A stretch of 64,000 nucleotides of DNA from an uncultured Gammaproteobacteria bacterium (GCA_964446685.1 CAYUPO010000007.1:233-64232), one strand, 5' to 3'. Numbered from the stretch's first letter, positions 49,965 through 58,838 are shown. The notes: generated from the letters alone by a model not told the origin. Numbers and translations: made by a program.

Positions 49965-50842
49965 TTTATTTTTATTTGTAGAAATTCCTGAATTCCTTCT
50001 TTATTTGATTTTAAAATTTCAGTTCCAAATTTTTCTTCAAATTTTTTGACTGACATCCAGCTGTTATGAGGTCGAGGTGCGATTCTTCCGGCGTTAAATT
50101 CGGCGAATTTAACTGGTAATATCTTACTGTTATCCAAATTGGATTGCAGAGCTACTTCTTGTGCAAAATCGAAAGGGGTAATACTGTCAGATGAAGCAAT
50201 CTGCCAGATGCCGCCGGCTTTTTGATCCATGATCTTCTGAAAAGCTCTGACTGCAAAGTCTACAAAAACTGGTGTTATCTGTTGATCTTCTATCGCTTTT
50301 ATCTCTTTACCTTCTTTTAGACTATCCAAGAAAAAACGGGCAAAATCCTTTCTTTTTTCAAAGACAGCTGAATACGGCATCTCCGGACGGACAATCGTAA
50401 AGTTTGGATCAACTGCTAAGACAAACTCTTCGGCCTGTCTTTTGGTTTTGCCATACCAATTGACTGGGTTTGGTGCATCTTCCTCTGTATAAGGAGAATC
50501 AGATTTCTGACCATCAAATACATAGTCTGTTGAAACATGCACTAAATGCTTCCCTGACTTTTGGCATTCCTGAGCCAAAATTTGCGGGGTTAGCGAGTTC
50601 AGCCGATAGACAACCCCACCTTTATCTTCATTTTCATTCTGGCAGTTATCAACATTAGTGATAGCAACTAAATTTAAAACCATTTCGGCATCAGAACCAG
50701 CCAGATATCTGGCAATTTCTTTTTCATTAAGCAGATCAAGATCATCATGTGAAGGAGAATCAATAGTAAATGCATCCTTAGTAAGTTCTCTAAAACGAGA
50801 ACCTACCAAACCACTCCCACCTAATACAATTATTTTTTTCAT
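49961..50842 (-). CDS. rfbD: dTDP-4-dehydrorhamnose reductase
   Basis: GGSGLVG, VHVSTDYVFDG, PNPVNWYGKTK, DQ..TP, APRP. Confidence 0.88.
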   Translation of the reverse strand: MKKIIVLGGSGLVGSRFRELTKDAFTIDSPSHDDLDLLNEKEIARYLAGSDAEMVLNLVAITNVDNCQNENEDKGGVVYRLNSLTPQILAQECQKSGKHLVHVSTDYVFDGQKSDSPYTEEDAPNPVNWYGKTKRQAEEFVLAVDPNFTIVRPEMPYSAVFEKRKDFARFFLDSLKEGKEIKAIEDQQITPVFVDFAVRAFQKIMDQKAGGIWQIASSDSITPFDFAQEVALQSNLDNSKILPVKFAEFNAGRIAPRPHNSWMSVKKFEEKFGTEILKSNKEGIQEFLQIKIN

Positions 50843-50868
50843 ATTTTATATCTAATTTCTACACATTA

Positions 50869-50997
50869 CGTCATTGCGAGCGAAATAACCAAGAATAAAA
50901 GGCGAAGCAATCTCGCGTCCTAGAATTACCATTGTAATAAAGTTAACTCTTGGCAACAGATTGCTTCGTAGTTCGTTCCTCACTCCTCGCAATGACG
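50869..50997. repeat. REP-like palindromic element (same family as 48502 and 56660)
   Basis: cgtcattgcgagcgaa...gaagcaatct...agattgcttcg...ctcgcaatgacg. Confidence 0.85.
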
Positions 50998-51094
50998 GTT
51001 CCCGTCTTGCTCACTTTGTTCACAATGACGGTTCCCGTCTTGCTCACTTTGTTCACAATGACGGTTCCCGTCTTGCTCACTTTGTTCACAATGA
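50990..51094. repeat. Perfect 33-bp tandem repeat x3
   Basis: caatgacggttcccgtcttgctcactttgttca at 50990, 51023 and 51056; no spacers. Confidence 0.92.
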
Positions 51095-51119
51095 GCAAGC
51101 TCTCGCTACGCGATGACGG

Positions 51120-51653
51120 TTAAAGAGAGGCTTTGTATTCTAATAAACTTGGATTTTTCTGGTCTTTATCTGACAAAAGCGGATTTTCTACCGGCCAATC
51201 AATTCCAAGCTCAGGATCATTCCACATTACTCCTGTTTCCGCACCGGATTTGTAATACTGATCTACCTGATATTCATAGACAGCCTGTTCTGACAAAATC
51301 AGATATGAGTTCCCTATTCCCGCCGGCATAAAGACCTTAACCCGGTTGTTATCACCAATCTCTAAAGAAATATGCTTACCAAAAGTCTGTGAATCTTTTC
51401 TTAGATCGACCAGGGTTATAAACACCCTGCCAAATGGCACATAAATCATCTTATCCCAGGGAGCAATGTGAATTCCTCTTAAAACATCTTTTTGTGAATA
51501 AGCATGATTTTCCTGAACATGCACCCATTTTCGACCCAAAGCTTCTTCAAATTCATTTCTTCGCCATGGCTCACGGAAAAAACCTCTCTCATCTTCAAAA
51601 GTTTGTCCGCCTTCTATTATTAAAATACCTGGTATGTCGGTTGTTTTAATCAT
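51120..51653 (-). CDS. rfbC: dTDP-4-dehydrorhamnose 3,5-epimerase
   Basis: DERGFFRE, VQENHAYS..VLRGIH, VDLRKDSQTFG, WNDPELGIDWP, LSDKD; ATG 51653. Confidence 0.92.
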   Translation of the reverse strand: MIKTTDIPGILIIEGGQTFEDERGFFREPWRRNEFEEALGRKWVHVQENHAYSQKDVLRGIHIAPWDKMIYVPFGRVFITLVDLRKDSQTFGKHISLEIGDNNRVKVFMPAGIGNSYLILSEQAVYEYQVDQYYKSGAETGVMWNDPELGIDWPVENPLLSDKDQKNPSLLEYKASL

Positions 51654-51748
51654 ATTAATAATGTAATTCTCGACTTCGCTCGAATAATATTTATTGTTCG
51701 ACCTTGTAAGCAAAGCTTGCCTGTTGGCTATAGCCAACACTTGGAGAA

Positions 51749-52759
51749 CTACTTTTCTTCCTCAAATCCTTTCTGAGCACTTCGATCTACATTAGGCCTA
51801 TTTGTTTTGAGTGGTTTCCACCACCACTCGTTGTCTTTAAACCAATCAACTGTTATCTGCAGCCATTCTTCAAAATTATGCTCTGGCTGCCAGCCTAGTT
51901 TCTGCAGTTTAGATGAATCAATAGCATATCTAAAATCATGCCCCAGTCGATCTTCCACATATTCAATCAAAGATTCGTCCTTACCCAACATCTTAAGCAG
52001 CATCTTAGTTACTTCAACATTCTTCTTGGACTCACCTGACACACAATAAGTCTGCCCCACCACCCCTTTTTCCAAAACCAAATCAATTGCCCGGCAATGG
52101 TCATCGACATACAGCCATTCTCTGATATTTTCACCTTTACCCATCAGTGGCACTTTTTGATCTTCCAGTAAATTAGTAATAAATCGCGGAATTAATTTCT
52201 CCGGATCGTGGAAGGGCCCAAAATTATTGGCACAATTTGTAATTGTCATCGGCAGTCCATAAGTATCATGGTAAGCTCTGACTAAATGATCACTGCCAGC
52301 TTTTGAGGCAGAATATGGTGTGTGAGGATCATATTTAGTTTCTTCGTTAAATGGCAGATCGTGTTCACCAAGTGAACCAAACACTTCATCAGTCGATACG
52401 TGATGAAACCTTTTAACTTTGTTCTTTAAAGCCTGCTGCAATAAAACAGCGGTGCCATTTACATTGGTTTTTACAAAAGCCATTGGATCAAGAATTGATC
52501 TATCAACATGTGATTCAGCTGCAAAATGTACTACTACATCGACTCCATTCATCGCCTCTGCCACATCATTTACATTAGTAATATCCCCTCGCAAAAACCG
52601 ATACTTTGGATTTGATTCTAGATCTTTCAAAGACTCAATATGTCCGGCATAAGTCAGAGCATCAAGATTGACCACTTCATCATCGGAGTGATTTTTTAAC
52701 CAATATCTAACAAAGTTAGATCCAATAAAGCCGGCACCACCAGTAATTAGCAATTTCAT
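51749..52759 (-). CDS. rfbB: dTDP-glucose 4,6-dehydratase
   Basis: TGGAGFIGSNF, DALTYAG, HFAAESHVDRSI, HVSTDEVFG, YSASKAG, GHDFRY. Confidence 0.95.
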   Translation of the reverse strand: MKLLITGGAGFIGSNFVRYWLKNHSDDEVVNLDALTYAGHIESLKDLESNPKYRFLRGDITNVNDVAEAMNGVDVVVHFAAESHVDRSILDPMAFVKTNVNGTAVLLQQALKNKVKRFHHVSTDEVFGSLGEHDLPFNEETKYDPHTPYSASKAGSDHLVRAYHDTYGLPMTITNCANNFGPFHDPEKLIPRFITNLLEDQKVPLMGKGENIREWLYVDDHCRAIDLVLEKGVVGQTYCVSGESKKNVEVTKMLLKMLGKDESLIEYVEDRLGHDFRYAIDSSKLQKLGWQPEHNFEEWLQITVDWFKDNEWWWKPLKTNRPNVDRSAQKGFEEEK

Positions 52760-52830
52760 CTTGTTTCCTTATAACGGCTTTTCGAGCTATCGCTCTTAAA
52801 GCCGGCACCACCAGTAATTAATAATTTCAT
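52726..52830. repeat. 34-bp direct duplication of the rfbB 5' end
   Basis: 52726-52759 and 52797-52830 match at 32/34 positions, separated by 37 bp. Confidence 0.9.
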
Positions 52831-52902
52831 AATATTTTTCGAACGATAGTGAGAAATTTCCTAAAAAATAAAGAATTTTCTCGGATACCCTCGAAAAATA
52901 TT
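52831..52902. repeat. REP-like palindromic element
   Basis: aatatttttcga...gagaaat...ttttctc...tcgaaaaatatt terminal inverted repeats. Confidence 0.75.
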
Positions 52903-52912
52903 TAACAAATCT

Positions 52913-53770
52913 TCATTCAAGATTCATCAAATATTTTCCATACCCACTTTTTAACAAAGGTTCAGCCAGTGTTTGTAGCTGCTCTTTTGTAATAAATCCT
53001 TTTCTAAATGCCACCTCTTCAATACAACCAATCTTTAACCCCTGTCTCTCCTCTATCACCTGCACAAACTGCGAAGCCTGAGTCATGCTGGTAAAAGTTC
53101 CAGTGTCCAGCCAGGCTGTTCCTCTATCTAGCAAACTAACTTTGAGCTGACCCAGCTTTCTGTAAGCATCCAAAACAGAAGTAATCTCCACTTCTCCCCT
53201 GGGAGAAGGCTCTACATCTTTGGCAATCTGAACCACCTGGTTATCAAAAAAATAAAGCCCGGCATTAGCGTAATTTGATTTTGGGTTTTCTGGTTTTTCA
53301 ACAATCGATAAAACATTCATCTCTTTATCAAATTCATAAACTCCATATCTTTCAGGATCATGAACTGGAGCCGCAAAACCAACCCCTCCTTCAACATGCA
53401 AAAATTGAGCCAGCTGTTCACCCATCCCATAACCATAAAAAATATTATCTCCTAAAATCATCGCTACTTTATCTTTTCCGATAAATTCAGCTCCTACAAT
53501 AAACGCATCAGCTAAACCTCTTGGAGAGTCTTGCACTTTATATTCAAATTTACAACCAAGCTGGGAACCATCACCCAACAACTGCTGAAAACGGGAAACA
53601 TCCAAAGGTGTCGTAATAATCAATATTTCTTTAATTCCTGCCAACATTAAAGTTGACAAAGGATAGTAAATCATTGGTTTATCATAAATAGGCATCAGCT
53701 GTTTACTGATAGCTTTTGTCAGAGGATAAAGACGAGTACCTGACCCGCCAGCTAATATAATACCTTTCAT
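52913..53770 (-). CDS. rfbA: Glucose-1-phosphate thymidylyltransferase
   Basis: [51 protein letters not shown]. Confidence 0.96.
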   Translation of the reverse strand: MKGIILAGGSGTRLYPLTKAISKQLMPIYDKPMIYYPLSTLMLAGIKEILIITTPLDVSRFQQLLGDGSQLGCKFEYKVQDSPRGLADAFIVGAEFIGKDKVAMILGDNIFYGYGMGEQLAQFLHVEGGVGFAAPVHDPERYGVYEFDKEMNVLSIVEKPENPKSNYANAGLYFFDNQVVQIAKDVEPSPRGEVEITSVLDAYRKLGQLKVSLLDRGTAWLDTGTFTSMTQASQFVQVIEERQGLKIGCIEEVAFRKGFITKEQLQTLAEPLLKSGYGKYLMNLE

Positions 53771-53782
53771 AATTGTGTAATC

Positions 53783-54040
53783 TTAGCTCATTACTCCTAA
53801 TATAAGAAGAAAGGCTAAGCTTCCTACCAAAATATACTCAAAATACGTTCGAAATGTCAAACTTTTATCCATATAGTGATGCAAATAAGACAGGGCAAAA
53901 TACAAAATTACTGTAGTCGCAGCCAGTTTAAGCTGATAGGCATTATTTTCCGGATGAGTAAAAGACAGCACCACAAAACTGGCACAAAGAGGCAGAAATA
54001 GCAGATTCATCAGATGTTGGGTTATAAATTTATGCTTCAT
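53783..54040 (-). CDS. Small membrane protein (about 3 TM helices)
   Basis: 85 aa from ATG 54040; hydrophobic with HH motif. Confidence 0.6.
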   Translation of the reverse strand: MKHKFITQHLMNLLFLPLCASFVVLSFTHPENNAYQLKLAATTVILYFALSYLHHYMDKSLTFRTYFEYILVGSLAFLLILGVMS

Positions 54041-54047
54041 ATAGAAA

Positions 54048-54180
54048 TAACAAATTCCAAATAACAAATTTCAAACAATATCAAAATTCAAATATCAAAA
54101 ATCATAACCTATGGTTTGAGTATTTAAGTTTTTTACTTTTAATTTGTTTGTCATTTGTTGCTTGTTATTTTGAATTTTCA
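54048..54180. repeat. Inverted heptamer array (caaattc/caaataa vs tttg)
   Basis: caaattccaaataacaaatttcaaac... / ...atttgtttgtcatttgttgcttgttattttgaattt. Confidence 0.7.
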
Positions 54181-54182
54181 TC

Positions 54183-55127
54183 CTAATTCCCCACTACCAT
54201 CATCACTGCCTGTTGCGTAATCTGACCTCCGGTGTTCCATAACACACTACCGGCAACAGATAGCAAAGCCAGATGCGGTAAATGTCGGGCTGATAAACGG
54301 TGAACCATTCTTCGCCGTAAAATATAAAGATCGAGAACAATCAGCACTATCAAAAGGCCAATTATAGATAAACCAATTGAACGTGAAATAGAAATAGGTC
54401 CCATTTGTAGAAGTGAAGCTTTCGTCTCACTTCCGGCTACCCTGATTGGTTGATCTACTATATTTTGAGGAGTAGTGTCAGTTTGTGGCTGAACCTCTGA
54501 TTCAACTTCTAAAATAGAAGTTGGTGATGGCTTAGCATTATTTGGTAAGGCTGCCAGCATACTTTGAGAAGGTTTACCAAACTCCTGAACTACTAAGATA
54601 GTCTTCTGCCCATTGATCATTCCCTCAGCTACTGCCATTCCGACATTAGTATATTTATTATTTACGATATTATCCCTGTGAGTTGGCGAAGCCATCCAGG
54701 CTGCCACAACTTCCGGTGAGGTTTCAAAATTACGGGCTAAATTCTCACCGGCATATGAAAATTCGTAACCTGCCCCCTGAATAAATCCCCAGGGATCTTT
54801 ACCCGAAGGAGAGTAATGTGCCCAATAATTTTCTTCAAACATATTTTGAGCTTTAGCCTGAGCTGCAATATTGAGCCGATTATCCTCTTGCAGTGGAGGC
54901 AAACCCTGCTTTGCTCTCTCCTGATTTGTCTGAGCAATTAGATCTGTTACTGATAAGGATTCTATCCCCAAAACCCCCTGACCAATCAAATTCATAGGGG
55001 TTAAACCCCTAACAACTATTTCAACCAGAAAAAAAAGCAGAAAATAAACTAAAAAAGCTTTAATAGATAGTAAATGGGCTTTTTCATGAGTACCAGGATG
55101 AGGCAGAAACAGCCGTGAGAACTTCAT
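54183..55127 (-). CDS. CAP/SCP-domain membrane-anchored protein
   Basis: TNQERAKQGLPPL, AAQAKAQNM, YWAHYSP, AGENLA, WMASPTHRDNI. Confidence 0.88.
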   Translation of the reverse strand: MKFSRLFLPHPGTHEKAHLLSIKAFLVYFLLFFLVEIVVRGLTPMNLIGQGVLGIESLSVTDLIAQTNQERAKQGLPPLQEDNRLNIAAQAKAQNMFEENYWAHYSPSGKDPWGFIQGAGYEFSYAGENLARNFETSPEVVAAWMASPTHRDNIVNNKYTNVGMAVAEGMINGQKTILVVQEFGKPSQSMLAALPNNAKPSPTSILEVESEVQPQTDTTPQNIVDQPIRVAGSETKASLLQMGPISISRSIGLSIIGLLIVLIVLDLYILRRRMVHRLSARHLPHLALLSVAGSVLWNTGGQITQQAVMMVVGN

Positions 55128-55133
55128 AAATTT

Positions 55134-55142
55134 AGTATAGCA
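55134..55142 (-). promoter_or_regulatory. Extended -10 element 6 nt upstream of the CAP gene ATG (leaderless-type)
   Basis: Minus strand TG-C-TATACT-AAATTT-ATG. Confidence 0.6.
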
Positions 55143-55152
55143 TTCAGAAATA

Positions 55153-55455
55153 TTAATAGGTTAAATCAGTAACCATTTTCTTGCCGTTTACAGGTATACC
55201 CAAGGCAAATCCTAATGCATTAGCGACAGCTGCGCCAACTTTTAAACCTGTATATGATCCAGGGCCTGTTGCCACTTTTATTTCAGTTATATCCTTTAAT
55301 TCAAGTTCAGCTGCTTTTAATATCTCCTGGATTAAACTCAAAAGCGCCTGAGAACCAAATTTTTGTTCACTTTCTTTTATAAATTCTTTTTCTGTTGTTT
55401 TAAAAGTGACAACCACTTTATTGGCTAATGAGCTGTCAATCGATAATATATTCAT
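55153..55455 (-). CDS. tsaB: Short TsaB (tRNA t6A modification), N-terminal domain only
   Basis: MNILSIDSS, SQALL..I, VATGPGSYTGLKVG...ANALG; 100 aa. Confidence 0.8.
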   Translation of the reverse strand: MNILSIDSSLANKVVVTFKTTEKEFIKESEQKFGSQALLSLIQEILKAAELELKDITEIKVATGPGSYTGLKVGAAVANALGFALGIPVNGKKMVTDLTY

Positions 55456-55555
55456 GCCCGAATTGTAACAAATGAATCTAAAAGAAGAAAACAATCAAAC
55501 TTTGTGAACAGCATTATATACAAATACACTGCAATACTTATAAAATAGATTCGCC

Positions 55556-56635
55556 ATGAAAATCCTACACTTCTTTAAATTCTGGAAACTTCCTAAAAAA
55601 ATCTGGATACCACTTATTTTGATCATCATTGTCGCTTTATATTTTGCTTTCAAACCGGAGACTCCAAAGGAACAGCCCGAAATAGAAAAAGTCACCCGTC
55701 AGGATATTCAATCAGTTATTTCCGCCTCAGGTACTCTAACGGGAGCTGATGTAGCGACTCTCAAATTCATTCAGGGCGGAAAACTGTCATACATCAATGT
55801 CAAAGAGGGTGATCGGGTCAAAAAAGGTCAAACTATCGCTGGACTTGATACCAAAGCTTTATCAATCCAGCTTCAACAAGCCAGAAATACCTGGCTGGCT
55901 AAAGAAGCAACAGCCAAACAAGTGGAAGATGAAGTTAAAGACCATGCTTCAGATGAAAATTTTGAACAAAAAGAAGCCCGGGTCGCAGCTCAAACAGCCA
56001 GAGATAACGCTTATGATGCAATCAGAGCGGCTGAACGAGCATTTGAAGATGCAGTAATCACCTCCCCCATCTCAGGAATTGTTACTCAGTCCTCTCCATT
56101 AGCCGGTCAAAATATCTCCGGAGCTGATGTCGTGGCTCAGGTGGTTGATGATTCAACGATTTATTTTGATACAGAAATAGATGAAGCTGACATTGGTCAG
56201 ATCAAGACCGGAATGCTGGCTCAAATTTCACTTGATGCTTACTCTGATCAAAAATTCACCGGAACCGTTGAAAAAATTATCCCCAGCACCAAAACCACCA
56301 CATCCGGAGCAACAGTGGTTATTGTCAGAATCAATATCAATAAATCTGACCTGACTTTTGTGAACGGATTAAATGGTCAGGCAGAAGTAATTACAAAAGA
56401 GGAAAAATCAGTCTTAGCCATATCACCGGATGCCATCAGAGAGGATAATATGGTTTATGTTAAACAAGGTGAAAATTTTCAGCTAGTCAAAGTAGAAACA
56501 GGACTTAGTTCAGACAATGCTATTGAGATCACCTCAGGACTGAATGAAAACCAGGAAGTTGTAACCAATCCTGAATCAATTATTCCCCCATCAACTAATC
56601 CAATCACCAGATTTATTCAAAATGTTACAAGTTAA
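55556..56635 (+). CDS. Efflux membrane-fusion/adaptor subunit (MacA/YknX-like)
   Basis: N-terminal TM; VKEGDRVKKGQ, ITSPISGIV, IDEADIGQIK.G, VETGL...EITSGL. Confidence 0.88.
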   Translation: MKILHFFKFWKLPKKIWIPLILIIIVALYFAFKPETPKEQPEIEKVTRQDIQSVISASGTLTGADVATLKFIQGGKLSYINVKEGDRVKKGQTIAGLDTKALSIQLQQARNTWLAKEATAKQVEDEVKDHASDENFEQKEARVAAQTARDNAYDAIRAAERAFEDAVITSPISGIVTQSSPLAGQNISGADVVAQVVDDSTIYFDTEIDEADIGQIKTGMLAQISLDAYSDQKFTGTVEKIIPSTKTTTSGATVVIVRININKSDLTFVNGLNGQAEVITKEEKSVLAISPDAIREDNMVYVKQGENFQLVKVETGLSSDNAIEITSGLNENQEVVTNPESIIPPSTNPITRFIQNVTS

Positions 56636-56659
56636 AACTAAACAATCCGACATGAACCA

Positions 56660-56786
56660 AACGTCTTTGCGAACGAATTAACAAAGCTTTAACGTGAAGC
56701 AATCTCGCAACTGGGAATGAACAAGGCTACTAAGGAAGAACTTAAGTTTCGGATTGCTTCGTCACTTCGTTCCTCGCAATGACGTT
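56660..56786. repeat. REP-like palindromic element (gtc(a/t)ttgcga...tcgcaatgac family)
   Basis: aacgtctttgcgaacgaa...gaagcaatct...ggattgcttcgtcacttcgttcctcgcaatgacgtt. Confidence 0.85.
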
Positions 56787-56804
56787 AAAAAGATCTGATT
56801 TCAT

Positions 56805-57494
56805 ATGTTAATACAACTAAAAAATATAAATAAAATTTACCAACTAGATGAAGATCTGACTTTTCAGGCGCTCAAGGATATCAATCTTAACATTGAGAAA
56901 GGTGAATTTGTGGCGATTGTCGGACCGTCAGGTTCAGGTAAATCTACCCTGATGAATATGATCGGACTACTTGACCGTCCAACATCAGGTACTTTCGAAC
57001 TCGATGGTCAAAATGTCGCTCATCTAAAAGATGATCATCTGGCTGAACTGAGAAACAAAAAAATTGGCTTTGTTTTTCAAAGCTTTAACTTGCTTGCCCG
57101 TACTTCAGCAGTTGATAACGTTTCTCTACCTCTTATTTATACCGGTATTCCCCGCCAGGAAAGATTAAGAAAAGCTAAAAAAGCGCTTGATCAGGTCGGT
57201 TTATCAGATAAATACAACTCTAAACCAAACCAGCTATCAGGTGGTCAGCAGCAACGTGTAGCCATTGCCAGAGCCATTGTCACAAATCCCGATATTATTC
57301 TGGCTGATGAACCAACCGGAAACTTAGACAGTAAAAGCGGCGCTGAAGCGATGGAAATGTTGGAAAATCTGCACAATGATGGCAAGACAATAATCCTGAT
57401 TACCCATGATTCAGTCACCGCCAACCACGCCAAAAGAATCATCAGAGTTAAAGACGGCGAAATAACCGATGAAAAAGGAAAGGATACTAAATAA
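56805..57494 (+). CDS. ABC transporter ATP-binding protein (MacB/LolD-type)
   Basis: GPSGSGKST, IGFVFQSFNL, LSGGQQQRVAIARA, LADEPTGNLDS. Confidence 0.93.
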   Translation: MLIQLKNINKIYQLDEDLTFQALKDINLNIEKGEFVAIVGPSGSGKSTLMNMIGLLDRPTSGTFELDGQNVAHLKDDHLAELRNKKIGFVFQSFNLLARTSAVDNVSLPLIYTGIPRQERLRKAKKALDQVGLSDKYNSKPNQLSGGQQQRVAIARAIVTNPDIILADEPTGNLDSKSGAEAMEMLENLHNDGKTIILITHDSVTANHAKRIIRVKDGEITDEKGKDTK

Positions 57495-57637
57495 TTTCTA
57501 AGTACTCTAATTAACCTAATTTCTAAAAAATGTCTAATGACAAAAATGTCAAAAGAGTTTAGAAATTAGTATTTGGAGGTTATTTAGATATTAGAAATTA
57601 GTAATGAGCAAAACTCTTGCTTCGCAATTAGAAATTT
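57492..57637. repeat. Inverted heptamer array (atttcta / tagaaat)
   Basis: aatttctaagtactctaattaacctaatttcta ... ttagatattagaaattagtaat...attagaaattt. Confidence 0.75.
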
Positions 57638-57644
57638 AAACACT

Positions 57645-58838
57645 ATGAATTTATTTGAAACTATAAACCTTGCCTTCAGTGCTATTTTACGTAATAGACT
57701 GAGGTCTTTTTTAACAATTTTGGGAATAGTTATCGGAGTGTTATCCGTTATAGTCCTGATTGCTCTGGTTAACGGTCTGCAAAGTTATATTACCGGACAA
57801 ATATCGGGTTTTGGATCAAATCTGGTTTTTGTAATTCCCGGATCATTAAATGGCGGCCGGGGACCTGGAGGGGCTGCTGTTAACAGGCTGCAATTTAGCG
57901 ATGTAAATACACTCAAACGTAGCCTGGATTCAAATGTAGAAGTCACATCAGTAATTACTAAAGCAGCCAGTGCTAAGTTTGGCAATAAACTCAGTAAAAA
58001 TATGACAGTAACCGGTGCCGAACAAAATTACCTCAAAATTGTCACCGGAACCAAAATTGATAAAGGTCGATTTATAAATGAAGCAGAAGCCACCAGTGGG
58101 AAAAGAGTGGCAGTAATCGGCAAAACAGTCATCAACAACCTCTTTCCGGATAGTAATCCTGTCGGCAAAAAAATCATGATTGGTGCCCTGACCTATGAAG
58201 TAGTCGGAACTTTTGAACCAAAAGGTTCTACCTTTGGACAAGATCAGGACAATGCAGCAATTATTCCAGCCATTGCTTTACGCAAACAATTTGGGATTGA
58301 TAAACCAAATGCTATTTATATCTCAGCCTCATCTGCTGATGATATTCCTAAAATAACTGCTGAAGTAAAAAGCATCTTACTAAAAAGGATTACTGAAGAT
58401 GATTTTACTGTCCAAACTCAGGAACAGGCACTGTCAACGATCTCGCAAATCACCGGTGTTTTAACACTTGCCTTAGGTGGAATAGCAGCAATTTCCCTTT
58501 TAGTGGGGGGTATTGGCGTCATGAATATCATGCTGGTTTCAGTTACAGAAAGAACCCGGGAAATTGGATTAAGAAAAGCTCTGGGAGCTAAAGCCAAAGA
58601 TATCCGTAATCAATTTTTGATTGAAGCACTGACATTATCTGGATTAGGCGGCGTGATCGGTATTATTTTAGGGATTGGTCTTTCACTGCTAATAAGCCTT
58701 TTTTTCACCACCTCCGTCACTCTCTGGTCAGTCGCTCTCTCATTTGGCTTCTCGATGTTAGTCGGAGTAGTCTTCGGAGTCACCCCAGCCATCAGAGCCT
58801 CCAAACTAGACCCAATCACTGCCTTAAGATACGAATAA
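57645..58838 (+). CDS. ABC transporter permease (MacB-like)
   Basis: RSFLTILGIVIGV, ISLLVGGIGVMNIMLVSVTERTREIGLRKALGA, PAIRASKLDPITALRYE. Confidence 0.93.
   Translation: MNLFETINLAFSAILRNRLRSFLTILGIVIGVLSVIVLIALVNGLQSYITGQISGFGSNLVFVIPGSLNGGRGPGGAAVNRLQFSDVNTLKRSLDSNVEVTSVITKAASAKFGNKLSKNMTVTGAEQNYLKIVTGTKIDKGRFINEAEATSGKRVAVIGKTVINNLFPDSNPVGKKIMIGALTYEVVGTFEPKGSTFGQDQDNAAIIPAIALRKQFGIDKPNAIYISASSADDIPKITAEVKSILLKRITEDDFTVQTQEQALSTISQITGVLTLALGGIAAISLLVGGIGVMNIMLVSVTERTREIGLRKALGAKAKDIRNQFLIEALTLSGLGGVIGIILGIGLSLLISLFFTTSVTLWSVALSFGFSMLVGVVFGVTPAIRASKLDPITALRYE

Noticed and set aside
50990-51094. 33-bp repeats as a CRISPR array
   Set aside because: Units are contiguous with no unique spacers, and no cas genes are in the window
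51654-51740. N-terminal extension of RfbC from TTG 51740
   Set aside because: It runs through hairpin repeats; the family-like sequence begins at ATG 51653, which has a -10-like box 6 nt upstream
55556-58838. MacAB-type exporter without TolC as a novel system
   Set aside because: Adaptor/ATPase/permease sets without TolC are known in monoderm bacteria (e.g. Bacillus YknXYZ)
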